Of a DNA stretch of 53,745 bases, positions 14,801-27,545 are shown piece after piece. Source of the stretch: Welwitschia mirabilis (lineage: Eukaryota); NCBI GenBank assembly GCA_051453625.1, contig JBOZIK010000001.1:31120363-31174107 (forward strand), in the 5' to 3' direction. The notes under the pieces are model-generated. The model saw only the letters and a program-made list of their open reading frames with translations, had not been told where the DNA came from and did no database searches. The translations under genes and the position numbers were made by a program. Within the stretch, counting starts at the first letter, position 1. Each line of letters starts with the position of its first letter.

Positions 14801-15320
14801 ACTTAATCTTGTATATTTTTATAAAAACCTTAAATATAGATTAGTCTAATTAGATCATGTTGATGAAAAAAGAACTCGTGTCATACATTATTAATTAATC
14901 CATAAAGCCCAAGCAAAATTCAAACATGATAAAAAGATTTTTTACAAAAAGTTTAAACTTGGTCAACTTGTCTTATTATACAATACTAGAATTCATCTTT
15001 TGAATAACAAGTTGACCTCTAAATGATTAGGTTCTTACCTTGTAAAGAAAGTACATTCTAATAGCTCGGTTAAGATTTTATACTTAGAGACTAGAGAGAT
15101 TTAGAAGGTTAATGGGTAACTATTGAAATTACATGAAGGATCTTTAGATGCAATCATGAACATGATAGAAGCACTTATTTTGGAGGTTCCCCTCAATGAG
15201 GAGGACTTCCTTCCTATCATTGTCTGAGTTCTTTCTTGGCCTACTCCTTTGATTGATATTATGATGTTATCTAATCATCTTTCAAACTTGACTTATGTAT
15301 TACTTTATGGAGTTTTATGA
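8805..15320 (+). pseudogene. Gypsy-1 gag-pol pseudogene
   Basis: Gag start MVKSSKKEKYQRE. Cys motif CDLCEDSYHVTKEC (~10693). Protease VLIDIGASINIMP (~11640). RT KKGGKW*MC, DGYSGYNH, IFMNNFS (from FMDDFS). RNase H FELMCD..NYTTT and LIRWILIMQEF. Integrase HLCH..CGGH, LWAYRT, KVNG*LLKLH. Confidence 0.93.
9647..11140 (+). repeat. Diverged direct duplication in gag (9647-10344 / 10445-11140) across a 100-N gap
   Basis: Both copies start CTTGGAAAGTGTTGGAATA and stay colinear with many transitions. Confidence 0.85.
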
Positions 15321-15630
15321 CTAGTATTCATACTTGAGTATTTATAGTGGTAAGATTGGATCCACCCAATCTTGTAACATTACCATGTCTATGGAATTTA
15401 ATTGAAGGAAAATGTCTTGGTTTCTTATGCATTTTTCAATGGTGTTAAAGTCTGGAGTTATTTGGGAGTGTTCTTTTATGTCTTTTATCTCAGTTATTCA
15501 CCTTCGTCTTTTTGAGTGTGTAATCATATANNNNNNNNNNNNNNNNNNNNNNNNNNNNNNNNNNNNNNNNNNNNNNNNNNNNNNNNNNNNNNNNNNNNNN
15601 NNNNNNNNNNNNNNNNNNNNNNNNNNNNNN

Positions 15631-17450
15631 TTCTAGTACTCATTTTATTAGATTGATCCTTCTTATGAAAGAGTTTAACTTAATCATTATAGATAAACCA
15701 GAAAGAATAATTATATTTCTAATCACTTGTCTCGACTTTCTTCTCCTCCAACTGATACTATCATTGATGATTCCTTTCCTAATGAATAGATTTTCACTAT
15801 ATCTTCTTCTCATCCTCCTCCATGGTATGCTAACATTGTGAACTATCTTGTGACTATGAAAACATAAAAACATTATACTTATAACCAACACAAATCTTTT
15901 CTCCATACGATAGATAACTATGAGTGGATTGATCCACATTTGAATCATAGATGCAAAGACGAAATCATGAAAAAGTATATGCCCTATTAGGAGATACCTA
16001 AGATCCTTCATCTTTTTCATGGTCATGTTTGTAGAGGAAATTTTATTGTACATAAAACTATGATAAAAATCCTCAACTCTAGTTTTTACTAGCCTTCTCT
16101 TTTTTGTGATTCTAATTTTGTTAGAAGGTGTGATCCTTGTCAGCATTATAGTAGCCTTACTCCTTCATAAGAAATTCCCCTTAAACCTATTTTTGAATGT
16201 AAGACTTTTGATTATTGGGGTATTGATTTCATAGGCCCTATTCATCCACCTTCTTTTAATAAAAATTACGTTTTAGTGGCTATAGATTACATGACTAAAT
16301 GGGTTGAAGACATATCTACTTCTTTGAATGATGCCTGAATTATTTGTAATTTTCTTAAAACTCATATCTTTTAGATATTTGGTTTTCCTAAAGTTATCAT
16401 TAGTGATTAGGGTACTTATTTCATTAATACACTTTTTAAGAAACTTCTCCTTTCTATTAGTATAAAACATGGACTAGCTTATGCTTATCATACTTAAACT
16501 AATGAACAAGCTAAAAATGCCAATAGAGAAATGAAAAAAATGCTCTAAAAACTTGTCTCTATTAATAAAAAGTCTTAGGCTTCTAAGCTTAATGATTTAC
16601 TTTGGGAATATTATGCTACTTAATGTACTTCTCTTAGTTTCTCACATTACAAACTTATTTAGGATAAAGTTTGTGTCTTACCAGTTTATGTGTGTTACAA
16701 TTTTTATCGTACATCTCATCAACTCAATCTTGTGGATTTTAATAAAAGTCTTAAGTATAAGTTGGCCCAATTAGATCATCTTAATAAAAAAAGAACTAGT
16801 GCCATACATTATCAATTAATTCATAAAGCCCAAGCAAAGTTCAAACATGATGAAAGTATTTTTATAAAAAGTTTGAACCTAGTTAACTTATCTTGTTATA
16901 TAATACTAGAGTTCATCTTTTGGATAATAGATTGATCTCTAAATGGTTAAATTCTTATCTTATATAGAAAGTGCATTTTAATGGCTCAGTTGAAATCTTA
17001 GATTTGAAGATTAGATAGATTTAGAAGTCTAATAGGCAATGGTTGAAATTATATGAAGGATCTTCAGATACAACCATGAACATGATAGAAGTGCTTATTT
17101 TGGAGGTTTCCCTCAGTAAGGAGAACTTTCTTCCTATCATTATCCAAGTTCTTTCTTAGCCTACTTCTTTGATTAATATTATGATGTTATCTGCTCATCT
17201 TTGAAACTTGACTTATGTATTACTTTATAAAGTTTCATGACTAGTTTTATACTTGGATATTTATAGATGGTAAGATTAGATTTACCCAATCTGAAGAGAT
17301 TTCCATGTCTATAAACTTCATTTTAAGAAAGATACCTTAGTTTTTTGGTGCTTTTTTCAATGGTATTAAGGTCTTTGGTTGTTTAGAAGTGTTCTTTTCC
17401 ATCTTTTATCTCACTTATTCACCTTTATCTTTTTTGAGTATGTGATTATG
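15631..17450 (+). pseudogene. Second, diverged copy of the RNase H end, integrase and downstream region
   Basis: Colinear with 13710-15530 (FDYWGIDFIGP, KWVE). Starts right after a 100-N gap. Confidence 0.88.
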
Positions 17451-17690
17451 TGGGAATTTTTTTAAAAAAAGAAAAAAAGGAAAAAGAAAGAGAAATAATG
17501 ACTATGAGCTATTATATTATGCTTCAAAGAAAAATACATGGTTACCATGATGTTATATCATACCGAGGTAAATATTTCCAAAAGGAACATTTGGTAGTAT
17601 TGATAACTATGGGAATTTCATTGAGGGGTCAGTTTGCCATGCTTTGTATGTCCCTATTCCTCTAACAGTGGTTGCATTCCCCTCATCATG

Positions 17691-19507
17691 GAAATAGAAA
17701 TAAAACTTTAAGGTTAGTGATTAGTGGTATTCTTTGTGTTATTAGAGGCATTGTTGTTTCCTAGACTTTTAGTATTCCCACTTAGTCATTTTACTTTTAA
17801 ATATTCAGATGTATTTATGAGGTGAGAGCAGGTGAGTTCATGTTTAAGTAGATTTTTATTTTGATATTCATTATTCTATGCGCTTAAAGCTTTGACTATC
17901 ACCATAACCACTATGTTTTTAAGTGAAATTTATGAAGTATATACATTTTTTTATGCATATTTACTAGGTGATGTTATGATGTTTTTATTGGGAGTTTACT
18001 AATTTAATACTTATGAAAGGTAAACAATCTTCTCCTTGTTCCTTATGTCCATTTTCACTTTGTGTTTTTTAGTATTTGAGTTTTTGATTTTAAAGTTATT
18101 TACACATTTTCTTTTTTTTAAGGACTTAATCATTGAGTAGTTTCCTTATTATTTAATTATGTTAAATCATTTTTTCAAAAAGCATTTAAAAAAATTTAAA
18201 AGAATATCTTTTCATTTCTGAGTTTTTATGAGTTTCTTTGTATCTTATAAAGTCTTGAGTTTATCATACTTTCATTTTTTATTTGAGCATATTCATATAG
18301 TTTTTCTTATAGATTTCAATCTAGGTAGTTTATGTTATTCAGTCATAGTTTTTTCTTTCTTATGTATTTGTTCTTTTTCATTTGCTCTTCTTGGTTTTCT
18401 ATTTAATTGTTTGTCTTTTTGCATTTTCTTTTTTAGGATTGCTACATAAATGATCATATCTGAGCCTAAGATTTTTGGCTAAATGTTTTCTTTTTGAAAA
18501 TCTTTTTCATGTCCTATCATCCACTAGGCATCCAGATGATACTAGGTAGANNNNNNNNNNNNNNNNNNNNNNNNNNNNNNNNNNNNNNNNNNNNNNNNNN
18601 NNNNNNNNNNNNNNNNNNNNNNNNNNNNNNNNNNNNNNNNNNNNNNNNNNGAAAAAGAAATAAACTTTGAGGTTAGGAATTAGTAGTATTCCTAGTATCA
18701 TTAGAGGAATTACTTATTTTCTAGACTCTTAATATTTCTACTTGGTCATTTCACTTTTGGAGATTTGAGTGAGTTTGTGGGATGAGAGCAGATGAGTTCA
18801 TTTCTAAGTAACTTTTGATTTTGACATTTATTATTGTATACACTTAAAGCTTTGACTATCACCATAACCACTACCTTTTTTAGTAAAATTTATGAATTAT
18901 ATACATTTTTTCATGTATATTTACTTAAGTGAAATTATGATGTTTTCCTTAGGATTTTGCTAGGTTAGTACTTAAGATAGGTAAACAATCTTCTCCTTGT
19001 CTATTATATCTATTGTTACTCTATGTTTTTGAGTTTAGGATTTTAAAGTCATTTCTGCATTTTTTTATTCTTTCATAGAATTTTAATCACTTAGTAGTTT
19101 CTTGTTGTCCAATCATGTTAAATCATTTTTTCTAAAAGCATTTAAAAAACTTTAAAAGAACATCTTTCCATTTCCAAGTTTTTATGAGCTCCCTTGTAGC
19201 TTATGGAGTTCTACATTTACCTTGCTTTCATTTTTAATTTAGCCACATTTATGTAGTTTTTCTTGTAGGTTTCAACTTAGATAGTTTATTTGCTTCAACC
19301 ATATTTTTTTCTTTCTTGTCTGTTCATCATTTTTCCTTTATTTTTCATGGTTTTCTATTTGATTTTCTATCTTTTTGAGTTTTTCTTTTTAGAACTGCTA
19401 TTTAAATGATTATATCTGAGCCTAGGTTCTTTAGCTTATCTTTTTCTTTTTGAAAATATTTTTTATGCCTGGTCATCCACTAGATTGTCTAGATGATACT
19501 GTGCAGA
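17691..19507 (+). repeat. Diverged direct duplication in the 3' non-coding region (17691-18550 / 18651-19507) across a 100-N gap
   Basis: Colinear copies, e.g. CTTAAAGCTTTGACTATCACCATAACCACTA is present in both. Confidence 0.85.
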
Positions 19508-20290
19508 TGATGGTCTAATTTTTTTTAAAGGTCCTTATAGGGCTGTTGTCTAGATGATGTGACTAGACGACTATGCGATAAAACCATGGTTTAAATTATT
19601 TTTCCTTACTTTCTCTCATTTTCTTAATATTTTCTTCATTCTTTCAAGAGACAATAACCCCTTTGGCTTATGCTAAGATTCCAAAACATGTTCCACTCCA
19701 TTTCATTATCAGATTCATCTGATTTCAATAGATTTGCAAAATTAGATATATCTCTCTCCTCCTATTTTTCACTTTTATCTCCCATTTATTAGTATTTTGA
19801 ACATGCATTTTTTACATATATCATTTACTTTTTTGCACTCTTCATTTTGGACTTATGGATTTGAATTTCACTATGTATTTTTTGAGTTATAAGCATTTTT
19901 GTGTATTATGAGGTATTTTTAACTTTCTGCCTTTCACACTCATTTTCTCCCAAATGGTAGACTGAAATGTACTGGTCCTTTAGACAAAATTGATTTGTTT
20001 AATGTATTCTATGGATTTGCTAAATTAGATTTTTCATTTGAGCACTTCAAATTTTCACTTTATGTGGGACCATTAAAAATATAGTTTTTACATTTTCTGC
20101 ATTTTTCTTATTTTTTCTTTTATGTTTAGGTAATTTGGGATGCATTGCAACTTTTGGGGGAGCTAGACATATTTTCAATATTTTCATAGTTTTTTATCGA
20201 TTTCAAAGGTTGTTATTATGCATTTATGCGATGTTTTTGACTTATCTTTACATGATTTTTTTTTTGTATTTTCGATTGATTTGGCCCAGG

Positions 20291-21565
20291 ATGTATAGAG
20301 ATAGATAGGTTGAGGCTATAAAGTAGGAGGTGGGTCCTTTGGTAAAGCTAGAGATTAAGCATGTGGAACCCACACATCCATCACCTCGACATGGTCATTC
20401 TTTGAGTATATAGATTACGAGCATCTATGTTGAGCAGTATTTCGATGACTCTATAAGCCAGATAGAGCCTGATATAGATCAGAGGCCGATAGAATTATGG
20501 CCCCATTATATCATAGATGTGCATGGATCTTACTGTGTATCAGAGATGAAAGCGTTTTATTACACCATGCACATAAATAGACGACCTGACACCTATGGTC
20601 AGCTATAGGATATGATCATTACATTTATACGAGACCACAAGATAGCCATTCTCCCATCCCATATTGTAGTTATCACAAATCTTAGTGGGCTTAGGAGCAT
20701 ACACATTCATTCAGCTAATGGAATAGAAGATTGTTGAGCCTACGATGATATTTTAGATATACTAGATGGCTTGACTACTAATTGACAAGGAGTAAATGTT
20801 ACTCAGTTGACCCCTACGTATAGAGTATTACATAGAGGATTGATTCATAACATTAGTCTACCATTTTATAATAGTCAAGCCATGATGGAACACCTATAGA
20901 TTTTGGCCACTTTTGATGGACTTATCTACATTCATTTGGAGGAGATTCATATTCATCATAGAGGCACGATACCTTTAGATACTTAGCTATCCATGCCTCC
21001 TCTTAGTATTTTTTAGATGATTTGGGATACCAAAGCTCATGGATGAGTAGCACATTTTACACATTTAGACATCTGCTTACTATTTATAAGACATGAATAT
21101 ATAAGTTCCAGGAGAGTCAAAGAGATCTCAGGCACAAAGAGTTGTGGTTGAAGTTACTCTTTGGTAGATTTAGGCTCTTTTGGCTAAGACTACTAAGACC
21201 ATGAAAGTTTTGTGAATAGAGATATCCACACACTTAATCAAAGGATCTAGGCCATTGATCAGAGGACACAGACTCTTGACTAATGACAATAGACATTTGA
21301 GTAGTAGATCATATCCATTGAGAGGATATTATTACACAATGAGGACCAGATGATTGACATGCACTAGCGTGTTGTCTCTATTCAGCAAAGTGTGACTATA
21401 GATATTCCTAAGGTAGTTCGTATCTAGGGTAATAAGATAGTTAAATCCATCTCTACATCTTTAATTATCTATTTCCTCGTGGATCTTGAGCATTCTTCTT
21501 CTTCTCCTCCTACTCCTGAGCTAGCTATCGAGCCCCAGTTCATAATGTGTAGATCTAGGAAGTGA
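20291..21565 (+). pseudogene. env-like / 'putative plant transposon protein' ORF of an Athila-type element
   Basis: GC-richer block in frame from ATG 20291 to EMKAFYYTM (20543; cf. LVREFYAN), followed by ITFIRDHKIAILPSHI and LTPTYRVLHRGLIHN, then a heptad-like segment (AIDQRTQTLD...) and a Pro/Ser-rich end. Lies between pol and the 3' LTR. Family assignment is from recalled motifs only. Confidence 0.7.
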
Positions 21566-24500
21566 TTTTCTATTATTATTTTATATCTACCTTTCTATAC
21601 TTTTTATATTAAAAAAACTCTCTTTTGATATTTACATAGACATATCATTTTTTTTAGCATGATGTATTCATTATCTCTAATTTTACATGATTATCATTTA
21701 ATTTCTTATGATGAGATTTGTTTATACTAGGTAAATTTTCTATTTTTGACNNNNNNNNNNNNNNNNNNNNNNNNNNNNNNNNNNNNNNNNNNNNNNNNNN
21801 NNNNNNNNNNNNNNNNNNNNNNNNNNNNNNNNNNNNNNNNNNNNNNNNNNTAACGCTAAGGCTTGATGACGATTCGATTTTTTATGTTTCTCTAATAATG
21901 GAAGATTAGTACAACTTATATTTTCATGTTTAATGAGATTTTTGACATTTGACATGTCCCATGTTATGGAAAAAGGCTAGGATAGTTTGAAAGTATACTA
22001 TTTTTAAATCCACATTTTATCTTAAATTAAAATAAAATACATCAAAGGGAGTTTATTAAGTTTTTGTGAAAGATAACTTGTCAAAATAGTTCATTGTATA
22101 AAAGTAAAACAAATGGATCTTAAAAGTTTTAGCAAGGACAACTTGTTTACATAATCAATCTTAAGCTTGCATTACACAAACTGAATTATATTATCTTAAA
22201 AATAAAATAAAACTAAACTTAGACTATGAAATATGAATAAAATCACCAATAATTCTACATTGACGATGATCTAGAAACCCTTAAATTTTCTAGAAATATT
22301 ACTTCTTGTTAAGAAGAAAGGAGATTTCCATCCTTATGTCTTCCTCATTACTAACATTAAAGATCACATATCCACTACTTAAGTCCTCTAAGGCTTCTTC
22401 TAAATTAGAAATATTAAAAGTAGTAAAAGGATTATTTGAATCGTTATCATATATTTGTTTATACTAAATACCAACATTGAAATTGATCTTGTCCTTTTCT
22501 TTTTCTTTTCTTTTTTCCCCTTTTCTTTCTTCCCTTTTTTGACTCTTTTTTTTTAAGAACTTATAATCATGAGTTAGATGTCATCTTTGTCCATAGCTTA
22601 AAGCTATTTTACTTCATTGACAGCATTATGAAAGTTATGTACATGGCATTTGCTATGCTGCTTAGTTATTCATTTTTGGAAGTCAATTTTAATATTTTTT
22701 TATTATCATCTTATTCTTTAGAGGACTACTTAGCTTTGGAGAAAGATTTGGCAAATTGTTAATGGATTTCTTCCTTTATAAATATTTTTATTCTCCTCTA
22801 ATTTATTTTCTTTGAAGTAACCCATGAACATTCATTTAAAAATGATCTTTTCTATGACAAAACGACACATGTTGGACAAATTGAATTACATTATTTGTTA
22901 GTAATAAAATTTATTATATGCTCATATATATGCTTAATATTATGACTAGGGGTTAAAAAAAATATCTTTACACTAAGTGTAATTAATTTTACATTAAAAT
23001 TATAAAAAGATTAATGGTAGATCTAGAAGATTTAAAAAACATTGCACTTCTCAATATTTCACTAGAAGAGGAGTATAATTTGAGTACTAGCTAGTTGTTA
23101 TTGAAAAAGCATGATGATGATGAAAATAACCAAATCTAAGGCCTCTCAAGTCATTGCTAAACCATCAAGTTCATAAAACATAAATGACAAAAGAATAAGA
23201 ACATGCATAAATGGCTTTACTGTCCATGCAAGTCCATGCACTATTGACATGATTCAAAACCATACTCAATCTTAGCAAATATCCAAGGATTTGAATAAAA
23301 TATATTAAGAAGTAATTTTGGATGCAAGTAATATAGCTGAATCACTTAGAAGACTAAAAGCAAGGATAAACATAAAATCAATCTTTATCTCGTTCTTTCC
23401 AAGGATGAAATGCCTTAATTCCTTTGGTTCCATCTCCATTCAATAAAGTTACATCTTCTTTCATTGAGGTAACCATTATATTTCTAATTAAGAAAATCTA
23501 GGTAGACAAATTATTATTCTAAAAGCCATTTCAAAGCTTAAATTTTTAAAAAATTCTCTATTGCACTAAAAAGTTTTAGGTATTTTAAAATAAAAAATAA
23601 ATAAATAACAAGTACACTAATTTCTTAAATGAAACTAAATAAACCTTTAGAATTTTCAAAATTATAATATAAATTAATATTTGAATAAATGTCCTTCTAT
23701 AACCTCTTCTTACTAGAAAAACAATAATATTACCACATCGTAATAGTAGAATCAACTAAAAATTTGCATTGCAAACACTAGATGTAAATGTCTTTTTAGG
23801 GGAAAAAAATGCAATCCCAAAACAAAAATCAAAGGTGTAATAATTTCCCCAACAGGTTATCCAAATAAGGAAGGATTACTCATGCCTTTAGCAAAAAGAT
23901 AAAAACAACTTTAGCTAGAAGCCATTATAACAAAAGGACATTGTTATAGTTTGATAAAAAAGGAAACAACTTTAAAACTTAAAAAATTAGTCCAAATGAA
24001 TGAATTAGATAATACAAGTGTTCAACATATGTGCGTGTGTTTATTATGCATGCATGCATGCAAAACCTTCATAAATGAATGAGTTAACATATATGAGTGC
24101 CATCATTATATATCACTCTTCTCCCAATCTAACCATTTACAAGGGAAGACATGTCGTTAAAGAAGAATGAATATTAAAAAAGAGGCATACAAGTAAATTA
24201 AAGGCACATTCAAACAAGGAGGTAAATGATCAGTTAGACATGAAGGGTCAAAGAAAGATAGAATACAAAACAAACATGAATGATTCACATCCTATAAAAT
24301 ATCACCTAGGTTTTTTGTAGATTAAGATAGAGAAAACATTAAAAAAATTAGTATACCACATAAAAGCCTTAACTTTCCTTATTAAATTATAAAATGCTTA
24401 AAAAGAAAATTATAAAATGTTACTAGTTTCTTCTTATTAAATTATCTTTTCTTGCAAAGAAATCCTTTTCCTTACACACACAAGGATTAGGAATTGTAAG

Positions 24501-25569
24501 ATCCTAATAGCTAATATTCGACAAATAAAAAAGGACTTTACAAAATCATACATTTATATTTTTAAACTTTGTATGCTATGGTATCATTATTTTTTAATAA
24601 ATACAACTAGTCATTAAAACTAATTATATAATTACCTAATATTGTTAGCCATTAATAGCATATATTACAATACTTTTATATGATAGATTAATTATGTATA
24701 ACTAGTAAAGATAATTTTAGTATGTTACCAATACACCTAATGATATTGTACTATGCATAGCATTATTATAGTACTATAATTGCACATAGAATGCATAAGA
24801 CAACTTAGTTATTTGATACCAATTGGTATTGTAACATGAATACAATAACAATTGTAACAAACCCCCTTAATCATATATGTGTTGATAATATAACTTGTAA
24901 TAAACATATGCCTAAATGAAAAAATAAGTACATGCTATACTTACCTAAATTTTAATATTGTAATTGTATATTTATTTTGTTTACATAATTTGTACATTTA
25001 ATTCAATAATATTAATGAATTTTTTAAAAGCCATCTCTAGCATTACTTTCAATTTAATGTAATGAACATTCAGTAAATCATCGTTAATGTCCTTGCTTGT
25101 GGCATGCAACTTCTTTTTAATCTGTTTCATTCTTGCATGAGGTTGGGGGCGGGGAGGGTGGTTTAACAACATATATGGATATTAGATTATCATAATAAAC
25201 TGGTAGTGGCCATGCTACTTAACTCTTGAAATCAACCAACAAATCATTCAACTAGATTACCTTGTAATAACATTATTTAATGCTCAATATAATGACACCA
25301 TGGAGGAATGAAACACTTGATTTAGTCTTTTAGTTTTTCAAGAAATAGAGGAATCTACTAAAAGGATACCCTATTTTGTATGTGATCTTTAGCCATAAGA
25401 TAAAATCCATCGTTAGAGTTAACGTGTATAAGAAATTAACTTGAATCTTTATTAAATCTTAATCCATAAGAAACCATTCCTATGAAGTATCATATAGTCT
25501 AAAAAAGAACCTATGTATTATGTATGTTTGATTGACATAGTTGATTCAACTCTAAATAAGTAAGATGTC

Positions 25570-26638
25570 TGTTGTACTACCAACATACGCATATTTGATA
25601 GGGTATTTCAAGTTGTTTTACAGGTAAATACATAGGTAAATGCTTGATTTCCATAATAATGAAGGGTTAGGATAAAAAGAGATGGAAACATGAAAACCTT
25701 CATGATAATTTACAGCATTCTAAACAAATCTGAATACTTTACATTTCTGAAGATAACTTTCTACAAACATTGAGGCTAATGCAATAATTGAAAAATTATC
25801 AAAGGCATTAATTACCTCATCACTTGGATGACTATACAAATAATCATGCCAACTAGATGTTGACTATAGTCTATCTGGTAGATAATATGGATTAATTACA
25901 AGGTGGCATTATCTCCTCTATCATCTGAATGAATACTAGATGACACTATTGTAATTTCTGTACTAAACATTCACCTAACTTTTGCCACTTGTATTTTTCA
26001 TTTTCCCTTGTGCAGCCATTATGGTTTAACTATACCTTTGTGTCTTTGTTGTTATGTGTTTGAGTCAATAAATAAAGATCTTACCCTAAACTCCTATGTG
26101 TCTTCGTTTACACTTTAAATTCTCATGACAAGAGATAAAAGGGCTAGAGATCCATTCTTTAGTTCTAGAGAGACATTTCTTTAGTGTTGGGTGATGTTTC
26201 CTCCATTGAGGTCTAGCTACTTTATAATACAAAACATCTTCTTTTATGCTTTTAATGTGTAATTATCTCCCACCCTCATAGCTTATATTGCTTTTAATCC
26301 AGTGATAGTTTCTTTAGTGATATAGATTATGAGGATAAAATTTATTAAGATTATGCTTGATTAGTTTAGGTTAAGTGCATTATTGTTTTCTTTTTCTAGA
26401 TTAGCTTTACATGAGTGTATTTTATTTTACTTTTATGCATTACAAGTTATTTCTATAGATTAGAGTACAAGTATTCCTTTATTGAAAGCAAATCTCTTAT
26501 TTCCTACTTTGGCCTTTAATGAATTATGACATTTAGGTTACTCATGTCTATATTAGTGTATTGTGTTTATGCATTATTATTTGTGATTAACAGGATTCTA
26601 CTTAGGATGAAAATGCTATGTAAATATCCATTGCAACA
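25570..26638 (+). repeat. Gypsy-1 3' LTR
   Basis: TGTTGTACTACC...TTGCAACA followed by TSD ATTAC. Confidence 0.92.
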
Positions 26639-26643
26639 ATTAC

Positions 26644-27444
26644 ATTATGAGAAACATAGCAATTCCAATGGAATTTGATCTTGTGATGTTCATTTTTTTA
26701 CCTTTTTTTTCACATTGAAGTTAAACGAAGATTATTTGCTTTAAGAGGCTCCAGTGCATCTTCCTTCCAAAAAAAGAAGATTTAAAGGTTTTTGTTTAGA
26801 GTTAAGTTTTAGACCCATTGTATAAAAAATCTTATAAGCAGTAGGGTATTCTTGTGAAAGACTCCCCAATCTTCAATTCTAAAGTCTAAATTTTTTAAAT
26901 TCCAAATTGCTACAATGATTCAAATACACAAAGTCCCAAATCAGAAAGGTAGCTTAGAGTTGTCCTCTTAATTTTTTTTAACTCTAGATTTTACTTTCCT
27001 GTTCATGTAATTTGTAATATAGTTAATATAATTAGAAATTATTAGCAAATTTTGTTGAACTTATAATAATTTCCTTCAAATTCATGCATTAAATATTTAT
27101 TTCATAAAATTTGATTTTAATAATTAATTAGCTTTCTAATGTTGCAAATGATATTATATTCTAAATTTTGCATGACATTTATTTACTACAATGATTAGAT
27201 TCCAACTGTGTGTTTAAATGTGTGTCTATTATAACATTTAAAACTCATTTGTTCAAAATATTATAGTAGTTTGATTCTTAAAAATACTTTGTTGTCTTTT
27301 AATGGATCACTTGTGTTTAATAATAAATTATTTATATCTAATGTCATATTTTAACTTAATTCATGGATAACTATAAGCTTAACACATAATTTTTAGTATT
27401 GATTAAGTTTATAAAATATTTTGAATCCTGGACATAAAACTTCA
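26644..27444 (+). repeat. Copia-1 3' LTR, right part
   Basis: Alignment to the 5' LTR resumes right after the duplicated ATTAC. Ends in CA. Confidence 0.9.
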
Positions 27445-27490
27445 AAACCTTTAATGATTATTGGACATCATCAACCTTTTTTTAAAACTT

Positions 27491-27491
<1 letters not shown>

Positions 27492-27541
<50 letters not shown>

Positions 27542-27545
27542 TTTT
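27492..27545. repeat. (ATTT)n microsatellite
   Basis: Direct reading. Confidence 0.95.

Larger units (their letters stand above)
7212..26638 (+). mobile_element. Gypsy-1: Athila-like Ty3/gypsy LTR retrotransposon with env-like ORF, nested in the Copia-1 3' LTR
   Basis: LTRs 7212-8325 and 25570-26638. TSD ATTAC at 7207-7211 and 26639-26643. tRNA-Asp PBS. Order gag-PR-RT-RH-INT. Contains five N gaps, so the interior may be composite. Confidence 0.9.
1..27444 (+). mobile_element. Copia-1: degenerate Ty1/copia LTR retrotransposon (5' LTR cut by the window edge; 3' LTR interrupted by Gypsy-1)
   Basis: Order is LTR, PBS, gag-PR-INT-RT-RH, PPT, LTR. Sequence 1-282 matches ~6930-7211 and 283-1085 matches 26644-27444. 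The element ends ...AAAACTTCA at 27444. Confidence 0.93.

Noticed and set aside
15150..15505. Antisense ORF downstream of integrase (ITEIKDIKEH...DWVDPILP)
   Set aside because: Differences between families fall mainly on its first codon positions, which are third positions of the sense frame, so the antisense reading is not favoured.
24981..25172. 63-aa minus-strand ORF
   Set aside because: Short, no recognisable motif, and within chance expectation.
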